A stretch of DNA of 64,000 bases, taken from Camelus dromedarius (lineage: Eukaryota). Below are positions 1-12,937 of the stretch, piece by piece (the stretch's first letter is position 1; the number at the start of each line of letters is the position of its first letter). The DNA is taken from positions 56,792,001-56,856,000 of the forward strand of contig NC_087440.1 of assembly GCF_036321535.1 (NCBI RefSeq). The letters run 5' to 3'. The notes below the pieces were generated by a model. The model ran no database searches and was not told the DNA's origin. It was given only the letters and a program-made list of their open reading frames with translations. The position numbers and the translations under genes are program-made.

Positions 1-2531
1 AATTACTATGCCTTGGCCATTTAGTAAGTGGGGTTTAAATCCTAAATGTTTACAGGATTCCTAAATTATGCATTTAATAAAGGCATAGCCTTTTCTGCAA
101 TTGATCTGTAATGGATAAGCAATCACGGGATGCTTTTCAGCCATGTGAATTATGTGTTTGGATGCCAACTAAGCAGCGTTGATGTATGACCCAAACCTTA
201 GTTTTCCTCCCAGTGATTATTTCTTTCTTTATTTATCCATACTTCGGGTGTGAGGGTGACAGTGGAACCAGACCTGCTTGGTTTGGAAGTGCTGAAGCAA
301 AGCAAATGGAAAAAAATGTGAATTGAAGCTTCTCGTATAAACTATTAAATGAGATCAACTGAATAAAATTTATATCTCTGCCTTTTAAATATAATCTGCA
401 AGTGCATCACTGAATTAAATGCTAAAACCAAACCATCACATACCTGCTACTCTGAAGAGAGCCAGTGTGTGAGTTTCTTAAAATGCATTGCTAAAAGATT
501 TAACTTAGGTCAAAGAATTTTTGTCTATTTTATCTCTCACTGGGAAAATACCAACTTTTGGTTATAAACATAATCCTTTTTAAGACATCTTTAGAAAATC
601 ATCTTCTTTCTCCCCTTCCTTCCTTCCAACAAGATTTCATCTTAACTGTTTAGTCCATAGATGTTTATCTCAAGAATTCACACTGAAATGTAACTTTTAA
701 TACATGGTCTCTATCTGGTCTAAATAGTCACTCAGGATATTGGCCTAAATCCAATAATACGCATTTTTCTTTTCCTGAGGCTCTTACAGATGTCTGCTAA
801 AAACAAATTATAGAGTTCCTCTTTTTTTTTTTTTTTTTGAGAACTTTAAGTCGTGAACCCAGAGATGAAGATGTGAGCTTCTAGCGTTCAAGGCAGCATA
901 AGAACTGGGTGGAGGGGAGCATGGTGAACCAGGTGTCCTAAAGTTCAGGGTGGGCCCAGGTGGCCTCAAGTGAAGCCTGAGCTGGTGTCACTGAACTAAA
1001 TGCTACCTGGCCAGTGCTAGTGCCCCTGCTCAGGAATCTCAGTTGTCAGCCATGTGTTTTAAGGTCCATCTGCTCTGGGGTCTGCCCAAATCAGGGATGT
1101 CTCCCTCTCCGGGGACAGTCTATACTTTGCTTCTTTAAAGATTGTACTGAAATGAAATTTAGAGGATACCAATTAAAGAGACTTTGCTCAAAGATTTCCC
1201 TCTCCCTCATTCCCTCCTTTATTACCTTTACTTCCCATCAAATATGATACCCAGCAATACTGAGATGCACCCTCACTGCTCTGTCCCTCTACCTGACAGA
1301 CTCTTCACCTGTCCAGGTCGCCCAGGAACCCTGATCCAGCTTAGATCCTGTTACCGGAGGCTAAGCTCCTGCCAATGCAGTCGGGTGACCACGCTGGCCT
1401 CATTTATTACTTTCCTTGGGGCAGAAATTATGTGGCCATGATGATACCCAGTCTTAACTATGAGTTCTGTGAGGATCTTTACAGGGCACGTTGCTGCTTT
1501 TCTTTTTTTTTCCTTCTTTTTAAAAATACAAACAGAAAGCACATTAGTGGAATTGCTAAATAAAAGGATAGAGGCAAAGGATTTCTCAATCATAAATTTA
1601 TTTACTTGCTACCAGTTTGTAGCCTAGATATAAATCTTGGAGTATCTTGTTTTACAACAATAGACTAATAGAACAATAAGCTCAGTCTGTTTAATCCATC
1701 TGCTCCTCATGAGGAGGGAAAAAAAATATTACCCAGAAGTGCTGTGGGGATGATCTCAGGTTCTACTGGAAAGATCTTCCCAAGGATCTTCCATCATAAC
1801 ACCCACCTGGACCTATACACTTTCTGAAGTAGTTCCAAGAGCAGTATGCCAAGCCTTGGCGCTGCGCTGGCCAGCAGCCTGGTCTCACTGCTTATGGCTT
1901 GATCTGGTCTCCTCAGCATGCTCACGGGCGCTGCCCCCGAAGCAGGACAGGGGGCTTAGGATTCCCTTTGTTAGAGCAGCGCAGCTTCCCACAGCTCTTT
2001 CCCTGGGCTCGCTCATTTATCCCGGGGAAGGCAGGTCCCCTGGCACTAGACCCGCAGGTAGCCGGATGCTTCCTTAGATCTTCAGCCTTTTAGAAGTTTC
2101 TTGCTATAAGTGGCATGATGTCCTCTGCAGGACTTTACACGTAAACTTCAGACATCTCGAAGTGGAAAGCAGCAGTAAATTTCTATGTAATTGTCTGCAG
2201 CTAAGGTGGCTACAGTGCACAGGCTCTGTGTGGCAAGGCCTCTGGGGTTACTCCAGCCTCCGTACCAGTTACTTCTGTTGGGAAGCAGGGTGGAGAGTCT
2301 GCTGTGAAGGAGAAGCTGGAGGCAGTCCACTGTGACAGGCACTCCATGGGCAGTATCTGACGTTAGTGAGACACCATACTAATTACTCTTACTGAATTCA
2401 GAGTCTAGCACTGATGGTGGAAAGTCCGGGACTGGGTTTGGATTTCTAGAATGATACAAATATTTGCAGTTTAACTAGTATTTCAATAGCTTCCTGCTGC
2501 CTTAGGGTAAAATCCAAACTCATTTATGTGG

Positions 2532-2960
2532 TGTCTTAATTTGGGTTCCTTTGAACAAAGCTTCCAGTGCAAAGTGGTTTATTTGGGAGATGATCCTAGA
2601 ACACACAGGTGGTGGGTGGGGAGGTAATTCAGGGAAGGGAAGAAAGTTAACGGGGGAGGGTGTTATCTAGTTTGTTTCAATGTGTCTGAGTAGAACTTAA
2701 TCCTGCCATGGATTTCTGGGGAACACTGTAGAACACATACCTCATAGATATCCCAGCAGAGGGGTGAGGGAGCTGGGATATCTATACCCCAACTGTGTGG
2801 GGTCACTAGGGGAGAACTGCAAGGGGGTGTTAATTCCCTGACATTTCCAGCTGGCCACACTCCTGAGGTCAGAGCAGGCTCTAGAAGTCCGAGAAAGCCC
2901 TGGGACAGTGTGATGAGTGCTGGTGGCATGCCCTGCAATGGTAAAGGCCCAGGAGACAGG
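2532..2960. mobile_element. Old ERVL/MaLR-class solo LTR (MLT1/LTR33-like)
   Basis: TG start; tgtcttaatttgggttcc...tttatttgggagatgatcc...cagggaagggaagaaag resembles this LTR class. Confidence 0.6.
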
Positions 2961-3224
2961 GTGAGGTACCGACAGTGTCTGTTCAACACGTTCTTCATAT
3001 TTCTGCACTAGTAGGCCTCTGGTGCCTTTTCTGGCCTCAACTCAGGAAAAGGTAGTATATGAAGGGGTGATATATGGGAGTAGTATACGGGAGGCGATAT
3101 TGCCAACAGGGTGGGTTAGGCATCATTATGTGGGGAATCTGGTAAGTGGTAAGCAGGGAGGCCCGGTAGCATCAGGCTGCAGGGTGCTCCATAGGAAAGC
3201 TCAGTTAATAAGCAGCTCCCTAGG

Positions 3225-3430
3225 ATGATGCTGATAGCTGCTGTGTTTGAGTGCACAGTATGCCCAGGCCCTGTGCTAAAGGCTTCATGCGTTTTCTCAA
3301 TTAATCTTTACAGCAGCTCTGTGACTAGAATGCAGTATTCCCTTTTTGCAGGGAAGGAAATAGGGCTCCAAGAAGTTCAGTGAATTTTCTAGGGCTACAT
3401 GCCTATAAGTGGTAAAGACCAAACGTAAGT
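3225..3430 (-). mobile_element. MIR SINE
   Basis: gatagctgctgtgtttgagtgc...ccaggccctgtgctaaag...ggaaatagggctccaagaagtt, a MIR core pattern. Confidence 0.65.
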
Positions 3431-4040
3431 AAGCCCTGCCTGTCCAAATCCACAGCCCTTTGCTTTGTTCTTTTTTTTTTTTTTTCTTTTTCCTGGTTGG
3501 TATATCTCTAAAATGTCAAATCTTGTCATCCAAAGCAATCCCCCCCATCTTTTACATGCCGCTCCCTTGCAGAAAAAGAATCAGCTGTCCCATGGTATGC
3601 GTCATATTCTGGTTCAGATTGTTTCCCCCTGGTTTCATTTAACACGTCCCTCCAGACCCTGGGTTTTGTGTAACTGGGAGTTAGCTCAAAAGGCTCATTA
3701 GATGCAGGTTCAATCCTTTAGTGACATGGATGCTAGCTGGCCCCATGCACAGCATGCTGTATCCACGGGGAGGCTGGATGCCAAGGTTGATTGGTGGGCT
3801 CAGGACATGACAGCGGATTCCTCCATGCCAAGCTGCTTTTCCACCCTTGCAATCAGCGAGTAATCCAGGCAGTGATACTTTCAATGCCTGTGCTCTTAAC
3901 CGTAATATAATGGAGCCCCCTCAGCCTGCACGTTGCTAATTAGATGTGGCCATGATAAATCTGACCACACCAGGGTCTTGAGCCTGAACTGACAGAGAAA
4001 TCTCAGACTTCAGACAGCCCTTCATTTAAAAAGAAATGGA

Positions 4041-4161
4041 CTTTATATATGTATATAACTGAATCATGATAATGTACACCAAAAATTAACACAACACTGT
4101 AAACTGACTATACTTCATTAAAATAAATAAATAAAATCAAATCAAATAAAAAGAAAGAAAG
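4041..4161 (+). mobile_element. Young L1 3' terminal fragment with A-rich tail
   Basis: tatatatgtatataactgaatc...acaacactgtaaactgactatacttc + A tail; 12-bp TSD aaaagaaatgga (4029-4040/4162-4173) at a TTT|AAAA endonuclease site. Confidence 0.85.
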
Positions 4162-5444
4162 AAAAGAAATGGAGAAGTGGCAGGCTGTGCCCTCTTAGCT
4201 CTTCCGTAGACCTGATCTGTTCAGGTTCAGGATGGAGATAACAATTGGACTCTTGAGGGCTGAAGAGGCATCAGGAGGTCAGGACAGGAGATGGTGTGGG
4301 GCCCACGGCACTGGCGCGGCTCCCACCTTCACGTGGTAGGGGCAGCCCCTCCTTTCCGGCACTTTCCCAGATTGATTCGAGATGATTCTGGGCCCCTCTG
4401 TCTCGCGTACCAGCCACCACAGATTCCAAACAAGCAAAGAAACTGCCAGCTTCCACTTCCAATTATGTCAAATGGGCCTATTATGCAATCAGATCTGGTC
4501 TAGCCCCAGAATAGACCCCAAAGCACCGAGTGATTGGATGACATTCCCACGTACTCTGCTCTCATTAGCACCCTGCCGGGCCTGGTGAGCTGCCCTACAG
4601 CAACCAGATGTGTCCTGAAGCTGGAGCCTTGCGGGAAGCACCCAAGGCTGAACTGCTGGGCTGCTCCCCTGGGAGCCCTGAGGCAGTCCCCTCTGGCAGT
4701 GCCTGTCATCGCCCCTCCCTTGACATCCGGATCCAGGGGAAAAGTTCATGGCCCTGTCCATTCTGAAAAAGGGATAATGTGCTGTGCCCTAAAGGGCAAG
4801 CACAGGGGCTTGAAGCATGTGAATGCTGGGCTACCCCACCTAGAAGGGACTCCTAATAAACTCCCCCCACCTCTCAATCTTGCAAGGTCATCAGAGGACA
4901 CACGGAAATATCCTAAGAGAGGAAAGTAGTTGCCCAGACTTCTGGTCACATTTCTGTTATTACTGTGTTCCTGGAGGGCAGGAAAAGAATCTGCATGAAA
5001 CAAGCATTTTTTTTTTTTCTTAAGAAGAAAAGATTTTAAGGCTAAATGAGGATGCAGTGTGAACAGTGGGTAACTGGCATAGGCAGCCCTGTGGTCGGGG
5101 AAGCAGGGACGTTGTTTAGAAGATTAAGATCCAGGAAAACTGCTTTTGCATTCAGAAGGACATGACCCTAGAAAGCAAGGCTACGAAGTCAGATCCGGAG
5201 CTGAGGGTGGCTAGCTCCAGGACACATTGGGGTTAGGACAGGTAGCAATCTAGAGACTTCAGGTAGCACTGAAGAGAGAAGTATCCTTATTTGCAGAGAG
5301 CTTATAGCTTTCATTCTTGTCAAACGTTTTCTGCAACTTCAAATCTTACAGGGGACCAAACCTCTCCAAAGTACATTCCTATTCAGAACACTGCATTTTA
5401 TCTTTATGAATACCATGATTAATGTGATTCTTACCTGCTTTGAG

Positions 5445-5700
5445 TTATTTACAATAGTAACTAACATGTAATGAGTTCCAGTTAGGTACTGGAGACTTAC
5501 ACGAAAGTTCTTAAATGCAGTATTTCATTTCTTACAACAACATGATGATGACAGCCTATCACTGTCTGCATTTTACCAGCGAGGAAGCGGAAGCTTGGAG
5601 AGACTAAGTCACTCACCAGAGTCACAAAGCGTGGATTCACTGGGCTATGAATTCAAGCTCTGTGACTGGGCTAGAGTCCTAGCTCTGTCTCCTACTGTGT
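5445..5700 (-). mobile_element. MIR SINE
   Basis: cattttaccagcgaggaagcggaagcttggagagactaagtcactcaccagagtcac, MIR core. Confidence 0.65.
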
Positions 5701-6124
5701 AGTGAATCATAAGTTCATGAAGAGGAGCGACTATTCCCTACCCTCGTCTTTGTACCAACTCTCATGCCCACCCCCTGCATAATCCAGAACCTTCTGTGTA
5801 ACAGGCCCCTGTAAGTGTTTATTGGAAGAACGAGTTACCTTTCTGGACTGCCCCTCTCTTCTGTCCCAGGCTCTGGGGAAAGAACTCTGGGTTTTTAATC
5901 AGAGCTAGATCTTTGGAATAACATAAAGAAAAAAAAATCCTGAAATTCTCATTAAGCTCCTAATGAGTTTTATTACAGGCACAAAGAAGAAAGCCATGAC
6001 CATTTTGGGGCTTGCAGCTGTAGGTCTGTAATTGTCTCTAGTGTCACGTACATTGTGAAGACTCCAGTGAAGCATTTTGAGTCCTCCCATTTGAGGAGAA
6101 TCTTGGATACAGAAGCTGCTTTTT

Positions 6125-6215
6125 ATTTATAAAAGTTTTAAGGGAGATACTGGGAATAGAACCCAGGACCTCGTGCATGCTAAGCACGTGCTCTACCACT
6201 GAGCTGTACACTCCC
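6125..6215 (-). mobile_element. Camelid tRNA-derived SINE (Vic-1 type)
   Basis: Reverse complement gggagtgtacagctcagtggtagagcacgtgcttagcatgcacgaggtcctgggttctattccc carries A and B boxes; perfect 11-bp TSD agctgcttttt (6114-6124/6216-6226). Confidence 0.9.
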
Positions 6216-7049
6216 AGCTGCTTTTTGAAAGACCAAATGCGTGTTGGCGAGAATGTACCATGAGGACCGTGGCCTGTCCCCTACCCAGAAAGCTGCAGGA
6301 CCACTCCCCTCCCGTGGTTGGTCTGTGCTGCACCTACCCCAGCTGCTCAGCTGCAACCTTTACTCCATCTCTGGCCCTTTCACCAAGACCCCTGAGGGGA
6401 CATCTGTTTTGTCCAGGTGGAGACTTTGTCACTTAGAAGGAGAAGGAGTGCTCCAGTACACTTCACTGCCTTTAAATCGAGATGATTTTCAGCTGCCGCT
6501 GAGCTGGGTGGGCCAGCCTGTCGGAAAGCCAGCATCATTTAGAGCTACTCTGTCCTGTGTTTGAACACTCAGGATGAGGTACCAGAATGGAAGATAGAAA
6601 AATCAGTTGTGTTGCAACTATCAAACTGAGTGAAGAATCTCCACATAACCAGAAAGATTACCAAATGGTGAATCATGATCCCCCTGTATTAAGCAATACT
6701 TGACTCAGCCGGATTCCAGTAGAACGAAAGAGGTTGGAATACACCCTTGAAATGGGGTTTGACCTGTGGGCCATGAGGCCCCTATGCTTGGAAAGTTCTG
6801 AGTTTTCTGTCATTCTGAGACATTTGGGGCTTGATTTCCTCTGTGGGGACAGTGGCTGTTTCTTTTTGTCACTTTTCCTCCTCCAGGGTGGTTCCGAACA
6901 AGATGACCAATGCGGTGTCATGTAAAGGAGTGATCCTGCGTGCCGAGCAGTGCTAGCTCTGTCTCTAGCCAGCAGTTACGGTTACTGTTCTGTTCACCTC
7001 TTCCCACATGCAAGGCGTTGTATCGGGCACTTCACATAACCTGATTTAG

Positions 7050-7490
7050 CGGCAGTAGCGAAATAATTAAGAGCTTGGACGCAGAAGCCAGCCTGTCTGC
7101 TTCAAATCCTGGTCCTATCACTTTCTACCTGTGTGACTTAATGTCTCTCTGTGCCTCAGTTCTGCATTGTAAAAAGGGAACACAAATGCTTACCTCATAG
7201 GATTATTATGAAGATTAATGAGTTAATATGTGTGAAGCAGAAGAGGGCCAGGCATGGTAGGTGTTTATAAGTGTTTATCAACATCATAGGGGTGGAAGTC
7301 AAGCCTCACAACTCTATGAAACAGGCAGGTTTTTTTTTTTTTTTTTTAATGTTTCACAGATGAGGAACTGGTGGCTCAAAGCAGTTACTAAGTTACTAAG
7401 AGTTGGAGTCTGGATTCTAAACCATGATCTTACCCACCACACTGCCCTAGGCCTCGGTTTCCTCAACTGTAAAATAAGGGGGGCGGGTGG
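7050..7490. mobile_element. Cluster of MIR SINEs
   Basis: ttcaaatcctggtcctatcact...tgtgcctcagtt...tacctcataggattatt, plus oppositely oriented cacagatgaggaactg. Confidence 0.65.
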
Positions 7491-8029
7491 CTCTGAGGTT
7501 CCTCTCAGACCCTAACATTCAGCAAACCCACTGCCCTCTGGCTCTGTGCTCTCTTCAGCATCTGCATTTTCTCTCTTTCCAAGGGCTTTTCCCTTCCAAC
7601 TGCAAGTATGCCTGGATCGCCCTTAGTCTAAAAATCCTTCATGGTACCTTTCTGTCTATGCCAGCCTCAGCATTCCTCCCCTGTCTGTGAAGTTCGAAGG
7701 CAGAGAGACCACTCCCACTGCTCTCTCAACATCTCCCTTTCTCTGCAATCTTTTTCTCACCTCTGCTGCTCAGCTGGTAGTGCTCTCATGAAGGTCGGTG
7801 ATGACTTCCTTCTACCCAAATCCATTCACCTTTTCTTACTTCTTCCCTGACTTGGCATCTTTGCAGTACAGAAATTGTCAAGACGTAATGCTCTGGAATG
7901 ACAGGTTTCTTCCCTGCAGAACCCTCTACATTTGGCAGACCTCTTTCTCTCTCTTGCTTTCTCTCTCTCAAAGACATAAACAGTTTCACATAGTTTATAA
8001 TATTATGCCACTCCCCCCACCACCAAAAC

Positions 8030-8280
8030 TCAACAATATGTACTGAGATCGTCCCATGTCAGTCACTAGGAACTACATTGTTATTTCTGGTTGCTGTGCA
8101 TTATTTCAGTATGGCTACACATACTCAGTTATTCCTTTATTGATGGACGTGTTCTTTGATTGCCAACAATGCTTTAATGAGCATCCTTGAATATGCTTCT
8201 TTGGACACAGGTGTGAGTATTTTTCTATAGTAAACCCCAAGATGGACTCGTTGGATTATAGTATATTAAATGTTAATAGA
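8030..8280 (-). mobile_element. Old L1 (L1ME-like) fragment
   Basis: attgatggacgtg...aatgctttaatgagcatccttg...gtgtgagtatttttcta, an antisense L1 ORF2 3' pattern. Confidence 0.55.
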
Positions 8281-9000
8281 TTAGTTGTCCTTACTTTAGC
8301 TGTCATCTTTTAGCTCAGCCCAGCTCAAATCCAGGATTAAAGCATGTTCCCACAGGGAGGCTCTTCAGAGATCCTACTTCAGACCCTGTGATTCACCTGA
8401 CTAAGCTGGTTCTGCCGCGGTGCCACCTCTGACCATGGTAACTCATCGTCTGAGCTCCTGCTCTTGTGTTTCCTTCTTTCGCTCAGGGACTTGCCCTGAT
8501 TTCCCCCGTGTCTGGGTCTCTGAACCCTGTACTTGTATCTCTGAGACATTCAGTACCTACCTGTCAGAATCTCCACCAGTCACTGCTCTTCTCTCTTCCC
8601 TGCACACTGGCCTGGATGGAGTCACCAGGTCTCGGCCTCTGCTCTGACCTTGACTTGTAGGATTCTGATCTCACCTGTCCTTTTCCCTTAGTCTAGTGTA
8701 CTAGTGTCACAGGCCGCATTAGAGTCCATATTCTTCAGCTTAATTATGATATTAATACTGTAAAATGGCCCTTTTTTAGGCCTCCTGCTCTGTGCTGAAA
8801 TTCTGTCTGGTCTCAGCCATTTCCTGGCCTGGTGGCTGCCCAAGCTTACACACTGTCACCGGGTCTCTCAGTACTGCACGAGACTGGTTATTTTCCATTT
8901 CTAACCATATCTCTGGTTTTTTTCCCCAGTGAAAAAGCTTCCTTTCTTTGCCCTTTTGTTTGATAGTCTTCAAGACTAGGTCTTTGGTCTGCTATCTTTT

Positions 9001-9150
9001 TTTAAACATGCTATTTATTATTTTTAAAAATTTTTTTGGAAGGACAGTAATTAGGTTGGTTGGTTGGTTGGTTTAATGGAGGAACTGGAGATTGAACCCA
9101 GGACCTCGTGCATGCTAAGCATGTACGCGACCACTGAGCTATACCCTCCC
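9001..9150 (-). mobile_element. Camelid tRNA-derived SINE (Vic-1 type)
   Basis: attgaacccaggacctcgtgcatgctaagc...ccactgagctataccctccc; AT-rich tail with (GGTT)n; ctgctat flanking repeat. Confidence 0.9.
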
Positions 9151-9179
9151 TCCTCGTCCTGCTATTCTTTCTAAGCACC

Positions 9180-9560
9180 TGCTTCTTCAATATTTTCCTG
9201 TTCTCACTTACCTTAATAGACTAACATACAGTTTATTCCCAAATCTACATGTGCAGCCTTTACCCTTCCCTACACTCCATTACTGCATTTCCAATTGTCT
9301 ACATAACATCTCCATTTGAATGTTTCCCATCGCATCAATTTCAATATGTCTAAACCCAACAGAACCATCTGCTACCATCTCACCCCATCTGTTCCCTTTC
9401 CAGTTTTCTCTGTCTCTCTACATGACATCACATTTTCTTGATCACCCAGACTAGAAATCTTGAAATTATACCTGATTTCTTTCTTTCTTCACCTCTTATA
9501 GACAACCCGTCACTGAATCCTGCTGAACTTTTCTCCTTTGAAAATAACTTTGTGAATGAT
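9180..9560 (+). mobile_element. L2 LINE fragment
   Basis: ccaaatctacat...ttccaattgtctacataacatctccatttgaatg...gatcacccagactagaaatcttga. Confidence 0.6.
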
Positions 9561-11662
9561 TTCTGGATGAAAAGTGGATTGCGTATATGCATTTATCTCT
9601 CTACTCTTTCTGAAATGTCACTAAAATGGCAGTCAGGGTATGTTTTAAAAAGCAAAACCGCATTCAAGACAGGAAAAGGAGAAAGCCACAAATTGGACAG
9701 TACCTGGTGAGTGATAACTTATTTGGCACACCCCTGAGAAAGCTAAACCGTAAGCCAAAAGCCAAAAAGATCCTGAGCATCCCATTTTTTTCCTCTTTGA
9801 GCAACTCAGTGACTCAGAAAGTTGGAGGTACAAGGTACATTGAGAAGTGGCGGTGAGGGCAGGGCGAAAGAGCAGGAAAGCTTCTGAGTCTTTTCAAGGC
9901 AGTTAGAAACCTAGTTGCCCTTCCTCGGTCTTCCCCACTCCCAGAAAAAGACTAGAAACTTATTCTTCAGAATAATGGGGACACCAGTAACTGTTGTAGG
10001 TTAGTGCTGTATCAGAAACAGGGTGATCAACTAAAAGTTAATATGCTGAGTGCTGGGAGCATTGATTCTCTTTCCCTGCTAACCCCCAGAGCTCAAGCTT
10101 CTCTGAGGCAGGAAATGAAGGATACCTCTCAGGGAGTCTGGCCAGATCAAGAGAAAAAAACCTAGAGAGTCCCCAGTGACATGGCTTGGCGAGATTTCTT
10201 TAGGATGAAATCAATGCCTAATTTCTCCTGCTCCCCATTTGTCTCTTTTTCCTCCTTCTTCTTCCTTCTTCTTCCTGTATTATACTTTGGTTCCTTTAAA
10301 ATTTTTGCTGTAAAATATTTTCCCTTTATTTATTTTAAAACTACTACTTGATCACTATAACAAATCAAAATACTAATAATAGTTAAATTAATCAAGTCTC
10401 TGCTAAGTGTCAAGCACTGTAAGGTGTATTATATAAAGACTGAGAGAATCTAGGTATTGAGATGAAATAAGAGTCAAATAGTCCCTGCTTCTAAGGACCT
10501 CCTAGATGAATAAATTGAATATCTTGGGTTATGCAGAGTTATTATCATAAAACATTATTTTTTCAAAGAATTAGAGTAAAATAAATATATTCAATGTTAA
10601 ATTAGACTAAATCAAAGCTTTTCTTTGATTCAGACACCACTTTACTCTCTTGAAATACCTTTGTCTTTTTAGTATGAACATCAGGTATCTTTGAATAATA
10701 GAGCAAAAAAATCTGTTATTTGAATTTTCAGGTGTTAGCATTCTGGAGAAGTCTATACTATGCATTTAATCAACCTCTCTGCCAACCCTCTTCTCTTAAG
10801 TGCCATCCTCTCTGTGGCCTCACGCTGTGCCAATTTAATATCATTTTCTTGATTCCAGGATAGATCCCATGTAAATTTTTTAAAAAGCCCTAGATAATGT
10901 TGTCTAGGTTGTTGGTATGTCTAGTTCTTGGACTAGTGACAAACTTTATGGTCTATTTAACAGAGATTTTGCTTCTTGCCTCACCCCTGAAAGGATAAAT
11001 TGGTAATAACTAAAAAATAAAGCCTATTTAGTCAAAGACAAATTGTTGCCTCAGGATGATGCTTATGGGCTGAGTGTAGCAAGGAGAGAGTAGGGAGTTC
11101 TTGCAACAGATTTGTCTTGGAAACTGCTAATTGCTTGCTTCTTGTATGCATTGGTGAAGCTCGGGTAGAGACAGAGCTTGAGTTACAGCTATTTTTACTG
11201 GAATTTGAAGATTGTTTGGAATGACTTGTCTCAGGAGGTAATCAGCCACCTTTAAATCTGAGTACAAATCTGAGTACACTTCCTCATTTGTAATTTTTAT
11301 CTTGCATAGCTTTCCTACAGCCTTGTATTTTGTCTGACAGCAGGAGAAAAAGCATTGATGTTAAACTGTGTAAGAGAGTAAGATAATAGATCAGTCTCCA
11401 GTTCTTTGTAGAGTGCAGTATTCCATTGTAGGTGGTAGTGGCTTGTTTAAGGTCAGGGAATATATCAAATCCCCCAAACAAGAGCTGAAATATGACCTCT
11501 TCAGCGTGACTGATGTTCCAGCATCTGGGAGCGTGTTTACTGGCTGTAATCCAGTTCCAGAGGCTGCTGCGGAACAGCTGTGATTGCAGTCCAAGAGTGA
11601 TTTGTGAAGAGGGATGTTTGAGCATGCTGGGATCACAACGCTTTGTTCTGCTTTTCTTCTCT

Positions 11663-12922
11663 GATCAACTTTGCCAAAGTATAGTTTACAAAAAATAAAA
11701 TCTGTAAATTTTAGGTGCACATTTCAACAAGTTTAGGTAAATGTATACACCTATGTAACTACCCCCTAAGTCAATGTATAGTGCTTCCATCTCCCCAGAG
11801 AGTTTCCTGTGCCCCGTGCCAGTCACTCTTCTCTCCATTCCCCACACCCCTAGCCTCAGGCAACTGCTGATCTGCTTCTGTCACACTGGAGACTGGATTT
11901 GCTTCTTCTAGGGTTTTATGTAAATGGAATCATATGGTACCTGCCCTTTTGCATCCATCTTCTATAACTCAACATAATGATTTTGAGACCCATCCATGTT
12001 GTTGCACGCATATGTAGTTTATTCCTTTATAAAAAAATTTTATCTGTTATTTTGTTTTGGAGGGAGTTAATTTTTTTTTTATTTACTTACTTTTTTCAAT
12101 GCAGGTACTGGGGATTGAACTCAGGACCTCATGTTTGCTAGACGCGTGCTCTACCACTGAGCTATACCCTCCTGCAGTTTATTCCTTTTTGATGTTATGT
12201 AGCATTCTATTGTATGAATATACCACAATTTGTTTATCCCTTCACCTGCTGATGGAATTGTTTTGCATTTTTTTCCAGTTGTTGGCTATTATGACTAGAG
12301 TTGCTAGGAACATTTAAGTACATGTTTTTTTGTGTAGTTTTGTTTCTCTTGGGTAAGTGCATAAAATAGAATTGCTGAGTCATATGTTGAATGTATATTT
12401 CACTTTTTAAGAAGCTGACAACTTGTTTTTCAAAGGGGTTTTACCATTTTACATTCCCAACTGTATATGAGAGTCCCAGCTGTTCCACATTCTTGCCAAC
12501 ATTTAATATTTTCAGCCATTTGAATTTTAGCTACTCTGGTAGGGATGTAGTGTTATCTCATTATAATTTTAATTTGGATTTCCATTTGCTTATTTTGTAT
12601 CCATCTGTCTTCATTGGTGAAGTGTCTGTTCATATCTTTTATCCATTTAAAATCTTTATTTACACATTAAATTTTTTTTCGGTTTTCTCTAAGGAAAAAT
12701 TCTTATTTTTGAGTTCTAAGTGTTCTTTATGTATTCTGGAAGAAAAGTCTTTTTATCAGATACATGCTTTGCAAATATTTTCTCCCATTCTGGGCTTGCT
12801 TGCCTTTCCATTTTCTTAAGATTATCTTTTGAAAAGCAGTAGTTTTTTAAACTTTGATGAAGTCTAGTCTTTCAAATTTGTTTGTGATTTTTGCTTTTTG
12901 TATTATGAGAAATCTTTGTATA
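11663..12922 (-). mobile_element. Old L1 (L1MC/ME-type) 3' end, interrupted by a SINE
   Basis: aagtatagtttac...aaatgtatacacctatgtaact...ttttgagacccatccatgttgttgc...acattcccaac; explains ORF 12391..12819. Confidence 0.8.
12029..12173 (-). mobile_element. Camelid tRNA-derived SINE nested in the old L1
   Basis: ggtactggggattgaactcaggacc...ctctaccactgagctataccctcc; 13-bp TSD agtttattccttt. Confidence 0.9.
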
Positions 12923-12937
12923 ACTGTTCTATTACTT

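Noticed and set aside
1-11600. First exon of the syntenic neighbour CCDC198
   Set aside because: I found no match to its N-terminal peptide as I recall it; it probably lies outside the window.
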